Shown: positions 56,840-64,000 of the stretch, one piece after another | Numbering within the stretch: position 1 is the first letter of the stretch | How the letters are laid out: every line of letters begins with the position of its first letter | The notes under the pieces: model-generated | Told to the model about the DNA's origin: nothing | Database searches by the model: none | What the model saw: only the letters and a program-made list of their open reading frames with translations | Origin: an uncultured Candidatus Rokubacteria bacterium | Lineage (GTDB): Bacteria; Methylomirabilota; Methylomirabilia; Rokubacteriales; DASRDR01 | Direction of reading: 5' to 3' | Assembly: GCA_963805625.1 (NCBI GenBank) | Contig: CAWDVE010000021.1 | Coordinates: forward strand, 224,001 to 288,000 | Length of the DNA stretch: 64,000 nt | Position numbers and translations under genes: made by a program

Positions 56840-56848
56840 ATTATGCCA
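56840..56848 (-). promoter_or_regulatory. Putative extended -10 for the lipA-nuo-pdh operon
   Basis: TGG-CATAAT about 28 nt upstream of the lipA ATG. Confidence 0.45.
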
Positions 56849-56895
56849 CAGGGCCCCACACGTCCGTAGTGCCGACCCCTCCCCCTCAAATCACA

Positions 56896-56920
56896 ACGGG
56901 GCTCCAATCCGGAGCCCCGT
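56896..56920 (-). terminator. Hairpin downstream of tRNA-Leu
   Basis: ACGGGGCTCC-GGATT-GGAGCCCCGT followed by TGTGATTT. Confidence 0.6.
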
Positions 56921-56944
56921 CGCTCCCCGCGCGCAGGGGGGGAG

Positions 56945-57029
<85 letters not shown>

Positions 57030-57164
57030 GCAGGGCGTATCTTGCCGTCCCGCCTCGCGCATTGTCAAGACCGCGGGGGTGCGGGCGTGGCGTCCGAAGG
57101 CTGCGGGCGAGGCCTCCTCGCGACGGCCGGACCGACGGCGGCCACGGCAGGGCCCGATCCCCCG

Positions 57165-58124
57165 TCAGCCCTCGCGGAGCCGCGGGTTGAAGGCCTCGCG
57201 CAGCCCCTCGCCGAAGAGGTTGAAGGCCAGCACGACGACCAGGATCGCCGTCCCCGGGATGAGAGTGAGCCACGGCGCGTCGAAGATGTAGCGCTTGCCG
57301 TCGGCGAGGATGTTGCCCCAGGTCGCGTCCGGTGGGGGCACGCCGAACCCGAGGAAGGACAGGCTCGACTCCGTCAGGATCGCCCCTGCGACACCGAGCG
57401 TGGCCGAGACCAGGACCGGGCCGAGTGCGTTCGGGAGGAGGTGGACCCCGATCATCCGGGCGCCCCGGGCCCCGGCCGCCTGCGCCGCCTGGACGAACTC
57501 CCGCTCGCGGAGGGACAGCACCTCCGCCCGGACGAAGCGCGCCGTCCCCTCCCAGCTGGTGACCCCGATCACGACCATGATGTTCCAGATCGACGGCCGG
57601 AGGATGGCGATGACGGTCAGGATGAGGAAGAACGTCGGAAACGAGAGCATGACGTCGATGAGCCCCGTGATCAGCGTGTCCACCGTGAGGAGCCGCACGG
57701 GACCGAGCCGGAAGCGCACGGGGCCGTAGTACCCGGCCAGGCCGCCGAGGGCGATCCCGATCGCGACGGCCAGGCCGACCGCGACGAAGCCGACCGAGAG
57801 GGAGACGAACGCCCCCTCGAGCATGCGGGCGAAGACGTCCCGCCCGAGCTCGTCCGTGCCGAAGAGGTAGATCCCGAGCCGCGGGAGGCTCGCCGCCGGC
57901 ACCGCTGTGCGGTTCGGCCGCGCGAAGGGGCCCTGGAGGCGGTCGGGCAGGCGCACCTCGCGCGGGTCGAGGACCGGATGCGCGCCCTTCGTCAGCAGGA
58001 TCCCGACGAGCGCGATCAGGAAGAACCCGAGGACGACCGCGAGCCCGAGGACCGCCGGGCGGTTCTGGCGGAAGGCCCGCCAGACGAGCCGACCCGGCGA
58101 CTCGCTGCGCGCCGCGGGGCTCAC
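57165..58124 (-). CDS. Peptide/nickel ABC permease (OppC/DppC-like)
   Basis: [12 protein letters not shown] loop [25 protein letters not shown] and [10 protein letters not shown]. Confidence 0.93.
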   Translation of the reverse strand: MSPAARSESPGRLVWRAFRQNRPAVLGLAVVLGFFLIALVGILLTKGAHPVLDPREVRLPDRLQGPFARPNRTAVPAASLPRLGIYLFGTDELGRDVFARMLEGAFVSLSVGFVAVGLAVAIGIALGGLAGYYGPVRFRLGPVRLLTVDTLITGLIDVMLSFPTFFLILTVIAILRPSIWNIMVVIGVTSWEGTARFVRAEVLSLREREFVQAAQAAGARGARMIGVHLLPNALGPVLVSATLGVAGAILTESSLSFLGFGVPPPDATWGNILADGKRYIFDAPWLTLIPGTAILVVVLAFNLFGEGLREAFNPRLREG

Positions 58125-58131
58125 CCGCGCC

Positions 58132-59088
58132 TCATAGCCGGATCCGCGGGTCGACCAGCATGTAGAGAAGGTCCGAGAACAGCGTGCCCGCCACCGTGAG
58201 GAGCGCCGCGATGAAGTTCAGCGCGATCACCACCGGATAGTCGCGCGCCAGGATCGCCTCGTAGCCGAGCCGGCCGATGCCCGGCCACGCGAAGATCGTC
58301 TCGAAGATCACGCTGCCGCCGATTAGCCCCGGGATCAGGAGCCCCAGCATCGTGACGAAGGGGAGGAGCCCGTTCCGGAGCGCGTGGCGGTAGAGCACGG
58401 CGTCCTCGGGCAGCCCCTTGGCCCGGGCGGTCCGGACGTAGTCCGAGCTGATGACCTCCAGCATCTGCGACCGCACGTACCGGGAGAGCACCGCGATCCC
58501 GGCCGTCGCGCCCAGCACCGAGGGCAGGACGAGGTGCCAGGTGCGGTCCATGATCCACCGCCACCCTGTGGGATCGCGTCCGAACGTCTGGAAGCCGATC
58601 ACGTCCACGTGGAACGTCCGCACCACGAAGATGATCGCCAGGTAGGAGAGGTAGAAGCCGGGGATCGAGATCAGCGCGAAGACGACCACCGTCACCACGC
58701 GGTCGAACCAGGAGTTGCGCCGGACGGCCGACGCGATCCCGAGCGGGAAGGCGAAGCACCAGACGAGGACGGTGCCGACGACGAAGAGGGGGAAGCTGTT
58801 CCACGCCCGCTCGACGATCTTCGGCAGGACCGGCTGGTTGTCCTTGAACGCGCGCAGCTGGCCGGTGAACAGCCGCTGGTAGAAGAGCCCGTACTGGACG
58901 TAGAGGGGCTTGTCCAGATCGAACGCGGCCCGGTAGCGCTGGAGCTGCTCCTTGGTGAAGCGGGGGTTCAGGGGGTCGATCTGGCTGGGCGACCCGGGGG
59001 CGAGATGGACGACGGCGAACGAGACGATCGAGATGATGAGGAGCGTCCAGAGCTTCCGCCCGAGGGCCCGCAGGACGAACGGGAGCAT
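58132..59088 (-). CDS. Peptide/nickel ABC permease (OppB/DppB-like)
   Basis: DYVRTARAKGL, HALRN, ETIFAWPGIG, RDYPV and DLLYMLVDPRIR. Confidence 0.93.
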   Translation of the reverse strand: MLPFVLRALGRKLWTLLIISIVSFAVVHLAPGSPSQIDPLNPRFTKEQLQRYRAAFDLDKPLYVQYGLFYQRLFTGQLRAFKDNQPVLPKIVERAWNSFPLFVVGTVLVWCFAFPLGIASAVRRNSWFDRVVTVVVFALISIPGFYLSYLAIIFVVRTFHVDVIGFQTFGRDPTGWRWIMDRTWHLVLPSVLGATAGIAVLSRYVRSQMLEVISSDYVRTARAKGLPEDAVLYRHALRNGLLPFVTMLGLLIPGLIGGSVIFETIFAWPGIGRLGYEAILARDYPVVIALNFIAALLTVAGTLFSDLLYMLVDPRIRL

Positions 59089-59090
59089 GC

Positions 59091-61223
59091 TCAGGTCGGG
59101 CTCAGCTCGGAGCGATAGGGCGGCAGGACCGGCGTGGGCGTTTTCCGCCACTGGTTGAAGTCGAACCCGATGGCCCCGAGCCGGTTCACCTGGAACGGCA
59201 GGTAGCGAGGCTTCCCGTCCGGCCCCGGCACCTCGCGCACGACCTTGCCGTCCATCAGCGAGAGGACCCGGCGCACGTACAGGAACGTGTAGGGCTGGTC
59301 GTGGGCGATCAGCCGGTGGAGCTCCCGCGCCATCGCCGTCTGGCGCGCGTCGTCGTACTCCTGCCGGATCCGGATCATGAGGTCGTCCGCCTTCGGGTTC
59401 TGGTAGCCCACGAAGTTGAGCTGGAAGTGATCCGTCTGGCTCGAGTGGAAGAGCTGGTAGATGTCGGGGTTCAGGTCCATGGCCCAGCCGAGGACGACCG
59501 CGTCGAAGTCGCCCTTGTCGACGCGCTGGTTGATGAACACCGCCCATTCGAGCTCGAGCGTGTCCACCTGCACGCCCAACCGCCGCCACGCGTTCTGGGC
59601 GATCACCATGATCGCCTTCCGCTCCTCGTTCCCCGAGTTCGTGAGGAGGGTGAAGGCGAGGGGCTTGCCGTCCTTTTCCAGGAGCCCAGCCGCATTCCGG
59701 TGCCAGCCCGCCTCCCGGAGGAGGCGCGCGGCGCCGTCCGGGTCGTAGGGGAGGGGCCTCACGTCCGGATCGTAGTAGGGCACCTGGCGCGGGAAGGGGC
59801 CGGCGGTCCGCTCGCCCTGGCCGTAGAGGACGTAGCGGATGATCTCGTCGACGTCGATCGCGAGCCCGAGCGCGGTCCGCACCCGGACGTCCTGAAAGAC
59901 CGGGCGCCGCATGTTGTAGCCGATGTACGTGTACCCGAGGGCGAGGGCCGTGGCGGCGTGGAACCGGGGGTCGTTCCGGAGCCGGGCGGCCTGGTGGGGC
60001 TGGGCGCTGTAGCCGTCCGCCGTCCCGGCGTAGAAGGCGAGCTCCGCGGTGAGGAGATCCGGGATGATCCGGATCAGGTACTCGCGGAAGTTCGGCGCGC
60101 CCTCCCAGTAGTCGTCGTTGCGCACCAGCCGGATGAACTGGTCGGTCTTCCACTCGGCGAAGCGGTACGCGCCGGTGCCCACCGGGCGGCGGTTGAAGCT
60201 CGCGTCCCGGACGCTGAACTTGGCCGGGTCCTTGCCGGCCGCCCGCGCCTCGGCGGTGAGCCGCTCGCGGTTCAGGAGGTGCTCCGGGAGGATGCCCATG
60301 GCCCAGCTCTCGAAGCCCGGCTGGAAGAGCCGCTTGTACGTGACGCGGACCGTGTAGCGATCGGGCGTGTCCACCCGCTTCACCGGCTCGTAGTCGGGGA
60401 CGCGGGGCGAGAGGTTCTTCGGGTCCACGATCGTCTCGTACGTAAACTGCACGTCGCGCGACGTGAGCTCCTGGCCGTCGTGAAACCGCACGCCTCGGCG
60501 AAGCGCGAAGACGATGACCGGGTTGGCCTCGGCGGGCTGGACGTGCTCCTCGGCGGCGAGGCGCGCGAGCGCGGGGTCGGGCGCCTCGACGTAGCGAAGC
60601 GGATCGAGCTTGTCCGCGTACCCTCCCAGGACCCGGTCGACCTCCCGGAAGAAGTCCTGGTCGACCTCGCTCAGCGTGAACTTGATCCGGGGCGGGCGCC
60701 GGATCGTGACCGGCACCGGGGCAGCGGGCGCCGCCCCCCGGGCCGGAGGGCCTGTCGGGGGCGGCGTCAGCTGGACCGTCAGGGTCTCGGCCGGCAGGAT
60801 CTCCATGGCCTGGACCCGGCGGAGGGGCGGCGCGCCCGCCGCGCGAGCGGCCTGGAGCCGGTCGAGGAGCGCGCGCGGCGCGGCCGGCGTGCCGTCCCGG
60901 AGCCGCAGGGTCTCGTCGGCGAAGAGGTAGGCCTCCTCGGAGATCCGCCAGGACTCAGCGAGGCGCCCCCGGAAGGTGAGGTCGAGGTTCCGATCGATCA
61001 GCCCCTCGAACACCTGGTTGTTGACCTCGCTCGACGCGGAGTCGGCGGAGAGCGTTGGGTTGAGGATGGAGGCGTCGCCGATCCGAGCGACGACGTATCG
61101 GGTGAGGCGCCCCGCGTCGCCCCGCGCCTGGTCCTCGAACGTCGGCACCCAGAAGTACGACTGGAGCAGGACCAGGCTGACCAGCGTCGGCGCCGCGAGC
61201 AGGAGCCCCTTCGTCGAGCGCAT
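59091..61223 (-). CDS. Family 5 (peptide) ABC solute-binding protein, membrane-anchored, with an inserted segment
   Basis: LAESW...LRRGVRFHDG, PVGTGAY, RNDDYW and DVRVRTAL; N-terminal hydrophobic helix. Confidence 0.9.
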   Translation of the reverse strand: MRSTKGLLLAAPTLVSLVLLQSYFWVPTFEDQARGDAGRLTRYVVARIGDASILNPTLSADSASSEVNNQVFEGLIDRNLDLTFRGRLAESWRISEEAYLFADETLRLRDGTPAAPRALLDRLQAARAAGAPPLRRVQAMEILPAETLTVQLTPPPTGPPARGAAPAAPVPVTIRRPPRIKFTLSEVDQDFFREVDRVLGGYADKLDPLRYVEAPDPALARLAAEEHVQPAEANPVIVFALRRGVRFHDGQELTSRDVQFTYETIVDPKNLSPRVPDYEPVKRVDTPDRYTVRVTYKRLFQPGFESWAMGILPEHLLNRERLTAEARAAGKDPAKFSVRDASFNRRPVGTGAYRFAEWKTDQFIRLVRNDDYWEGAPNFREYLIRIIPDLLTAELAFYAGTADGYSAQPHQAARLRNDPRFHAATALALGYTYIGYNMRRPVFQDVRVRTALGLAIDVDEIIRYVLYGQGERTAGPFPRQVPYYDPDVRPLPYDPDGAARLLREAGWHRNAAGLLEKDGKPLAFTLLTNSGNEERKAIMVIAQNAWRRLGVQVDTLELEWAVFINQRVDKGDFDAVVLGWAMDLNPDIYQLFHSSQTDHFQLNFVGYQNPKADDLMIRIRQEYDDARQTAMARELHRLIAHDQPYTFLYVRRVLSLMDGKVVREVPGPDGKPRYLPFQVNRLGAIGFDFNQWRKTPTPVLPPYRSELSPT

Positions 61224-61245
61224 CCGGCGGGCCTCGTCCGCTCCC

Positions 61246-62877
61246 TCAGCTCGCGACCGCGTCGTCCTCGACCACCTCGAGGTCCAGCGCGGCGGCGATG
61301 AGCGCCCGCGTGTAGGGGTGCGCCGGCCGCTCGAAGATCTGGGCGGTCGGCCCCCGCTCGACGACCGACCCCGCCCGCATCACGATGACCTCGTCGCTCA
61401 ACGCCCGGATCACCCCGAGATCGTGGCTGATGAAGAGGTAGGCGAGCCGGTACCGCGCCTGGAGCTCCTGCAGGAGGTCGATCATCTGCGCCTGGATGGA
61501 CCGGTCGAGCGCGGAGGTAGGCTCGTCGAGGATGATGAGCCGCGGCGTGAGGACGAGGGCGCGCGCCAGCGCGACCCGCTGCCGCTGGCCGCCCGAGAGC
61601 TCGTGGGGGTAGCGGTCGCGCACCTCCGGATCGAGTCCCACCTCCGCCAGCGCGCGGGCGATCAGGGCCTCCCGCTCCTCGGCGCTCCGGCCGACGTGGT
61701 GGACGCCGAGCCCCTCCCCGACGATCTGGCCGACCGACTGCCGGGGCGACAGCGAGCCGTAGGGATCCTGGAAGACCATCTGCATCTCCCGGCGGAGCGG
61801 CCGGAGCGCCCGTGAGCCGAGCCCCTGGAGCTCGCGGCCCCGGAACTGGATGCGCCCCTCGCTCCGGAGGAGCCGGAGCAGCGCCAGCCCCAGCGTGGTC
61901 TTGCCCGAACCGCTCTCGCCCACGACGCCGACCGTCTGGCCCTCCCGAACCGTGACGCTCACCCCGTCCACCGCCTTGACGTGGTCCACCGTGCGCCGCA
62001 GCACCCCTGCCTTGACGGGGAACCAGACCTTCACGGCCTCGGCCATCATGATGACCGGCGACTCCCCGGCGGGGCCCGGCAGCCGCGGCGCCGGGTCGGC
62101 GGCCAGAAGGCGCTGCGTATACACGTGCTGCGGCCGCGCGAAGACGTCGGCCGCGGCCCCGGTCTCGACGACCTCGCCCTGGGTCATGACGAGAACGCGA
62201 TCGGCCATCTTCCGGACGATCTTGAGGTCGTGCGTGATCAAGAGGAGCGCCATCCCGAACCGCGCCTTGAGGTCCCGGAGCAGCTTCAGGATCTGCGCCT
62301 CGATGGTGACGTCGAGCGCCGTCGTCGGCTCGTCCGCGATCAGGAGGTCGGGCTCGTTGGCGAGCGCCATGGCAATCATCACGCGCTGGCGCTGGCCCCC
62401 CGAGAGCTGGTGGGGATACGCGTCGAGCCGCCGCGCCGCCTCGGGGAGGCCGACGAGGCCCAGGAGCTCGAGCGTCCGCGCCCGCGCCGCCCGCCGCCCG
62501 AGCCCCTTGTGGACGAACAGCACCTCATTGATCTGCTTCTCGATGGTGTGGAGCGGGTTCAGGGATGTCATCGGCTCCTGGAAGATCATCGCGATCCGGT
62601 TGCCGCGCACCTGCCGCAAGGTCGCCTCGGGAGCCCCCAGCAGCTCGCGCCCCTGGAAGACGATGCTCCCGGAGGGATGGCGCGCCGTCGGGTAGGGCAG
62701 GAGCTGGAGGATGGACAGGGCGGTGACGGACTTGCCCGAACCGCTCTCGCCCACGAGTCCGACCGTCTCCCCCTTCGCGAGGTCGAGCGACACGTGGCGC
62801 ACGGCCCGCACCTCGCCGCCCGGCGTGTCGAACGACACGGACAGGTCGCGGATCGACAGGATCGGCGTCGCCGCCAT
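61246..62877 (-). CDS. yejF: Dual-domain peptide ABC ATPase (YejF-like)
   Basis: Two Walker A motifs (GESGSGKS/T), two LSGGQRQR and two DEPT motifs. Confidence 0.9.
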   Translation of the reverse strand: MAATPILSIRDLSVSFDTPGGEVRAVRHVSLDLAKGETVGLVGESGSGKSVTALSILQLLPYPTARHPSGSIVFQGRELLGAPEATLRQVRGNRIAMIFQEPMTSLNPLHTIEKQINEVLFVHKGLGRRAARARTLELLGLVGLPEAARRLDAYPHQLSGGQRQRVMIAMALANEPDLLIADEPTTALDVTIEAQILKLLRDLKARFGMALLLITHDLKIVRKMADRVLVMTQGEVVETGAAADVFARPQHVYTQRLLAADPAPRLPGPAGESPVIMMAEAVKVWFPVKAGVLRRTVDHVKAVDGVSVTVREGQTVGVVGESGSGKTTLGLALLRLLRSEGRIQFRGRELQGLGSRALRPLRREMQMVFQDPYGSLSPRQSVGQIVGEGLGVHHVGRSAEEREALIARALAEVGLDPEVRDRYPHELSGGQRQRVALARALVLTPRLIILDEPTSALDRSIQAQMIDLLQELQARYRLAYLFISHDLGVIRALSDEVIVMRAGSVVERGPTAQIFERPAHPYTRALIAAALDLEVVEDDAVAS

Positions 62878-63905
62878 CACACGGTCTTCCGTGGGTCGAA
62901 CGCGTCCCGCACGGCCTCCCCGATGAAGATCAGCAGGCTCAGCATCACGGCCAGGACCGCGAACCCCGTGATGCCCAACCACGGGGCCTGGAGGTTCGCC
63001 TTGCCCTGGGCCAGCACCTCGCCGAGCGACGCCGAGCCCGGCGGCAGGCCGAAGCCAAGAAAGTCGAGCGACGTCAGCGTCGTGATGGAGCCGTTCAGGA
63101 TGAACGGCAGGAAGGTCAGCGTGGCGACCATCGCGTTCGGCAGCACGTGCCGGAACATGATCACGCTGTTCCGGACGCCGAGCGCGCGCGCGGCGCGCAC
63201 GTAGTCGAAGTTGCGGGCACGCAGGAACTCGGCGCGGACCACGCCGACGAGCGACATCCAGCTGAAGAGTAGCATGAGCCCCAGGAGCCACCAGAACGTC
63301 GGCTCGACGATGCTGGCGAGGATGATGAGGAGGTAGAGCACCGGCAGGCCGGACCACGTCTCGATGAAGCGCTGGAACCACAGGTCCGTCAGCCCGCCGA
63401 AGTACCCCTGGACCGCGCCCGCAATGATCCCGATCACGGAGCTCAGCACCGTCAGGGTGAGCCCGAACAGGACGGAGATCCGGAAGCCGTAGATCAGCCG
63501 GGCCGTCAGGTCGCGCCCCTGGTCGTCGGTCCCGAGCCAGTTGACCCGCGACGGCGGCGCCGGCGCGGGCACCGGCAGGTCGTAGTTGATGGTGTCGTAG
63601 CGGAACGGGATCGGGGGCCAGAGGAGCCACCCCTTCTCGCGGATCATCCCGATGACGGCCGGGTCGCGATAGACCGCCTCGGTGGGGAACGCGCCACCGA
63701 AGGCCGTCTCCGGATAGGCGCGGAGGACCGGGAAGTAGAACGCTCCGTCGAACCGGACCACCAGCGGGCGGTCGTTCGCGATCCCCTCGGCCAGGAGGCT
63801 CAGACCGAACAGCACCCCGAAGATCCAGAGCGACCAGAAGCCGCGCCGGTTCGCGCGGAAGTTGTGGAGGCGGCGCCGCGTGAGCGGGCTCAGGCGCCGG
63901 CTCAC
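62877..63905 (-). CDS. yejE: Peptide ABC permease (YejE-like)
   Basis: RLSP...FRANRRG.WSL, YPETAFGG, LGTDDQGRD, LTSLDFLG and GEAVRDAFDP. Confidence 0.88.
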   Translation of the reverse strand: MSRRLSPLTRRRLHNFRANRRGFWSLWIFGVLFGLSLLAEGIANDRPLVVRFDGAFYFPVLRAYPETAFGGAFPTEAVYRDPAVIGMIREKGWLLWPPIPFRYDTINYDLPVPAPAPPSRVNWLGTDDQGRDLTARLIYGFRISVLFGLTLTVLSSVIGIIAGAVQGYFGGLTDLWFQRFIETWSGLPVLYLLIILASIVEPTFWWLLGLMLLFSWMSLVGVVRAEFLRARNFDYVRAARALGVRNSVIMFRHVLPNAMVATLTFLPFILNGSITTLTSLDFLGFGLPPGSASLGEVLAQGKANLQAPWLGITGFAVLAVMLSLLIFIGEAVRDAFDPRKTV

Positions 63906-63921
63906 CCCCTGCGGGCGCACG

Positions 63922-64000
63922 TCACGTCTCCCGGCCGGCGAAGTCGATGCGCGGGTCGATGGCGACGTAGGTGAGGTCGCTCACCAGGTTCAGTAGGAGC
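63922..64000 (-). CDS. yejB: C-terminal fragment of a peptide ABC permease (YejB-like), cut by the window edge
   Basis: LLLNLVSDLTYVAIDPRIDFAGRET*. Confidence 0.8.
   Translation of the reverse strand, partial: LLLNLVSDLTYVAIDPRIDFAGRET

Overview
A very GC-rich bacterial core-genome window with no integrase, transposase, phage or CRISPR signal. Gene style and the 16S sequence suggest Methylomirabilota/Rokubacteria, which is an unverified inference. Left to right it holds: a selenocysteine cluster (selB, selA, lipoprotein, DUF3105, tRNA-Sec); a MoaD-like carrier with an orphan Tat solute-binding protein; mltD; an hppA-dedA-DUF47-pit-lpxL operon; yacG and an M50 protease; a full rRNA operon (16S-Ile-Ala-23S-5S); tyrS; PBP1A; gamma-CA-hisS-aspS-phoH-ybeY-era-recO; FmdB, DUF62 and a polyprenyl synthase; a porin; a VCBS-like protein; methylmalonyl-CoA mutase with a carboxyltransferase; DUF948/YtxH; a 14.6 kb lipA-nuoABCDEFGHIJK-pdhABC-lpdA gene run; tRNA-Leu; and two peptide ABC sets. 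There are two main leads. (1) The complex I genes lack nuoL/M/N and sit, translationally coupled, between lipoyl synthase and pyruvate dehydrogenase, with unusual NuoD/E/F features. (2) Several intra-operon spacers are exactly filled by tiny ORFs whose start overlaps the upstream stop and whose stop overlaps the downstream start, which suggests translational relays. Three single-base frameshifts (selB, fmdB, nuoG) are most likely long-read assembly errors.
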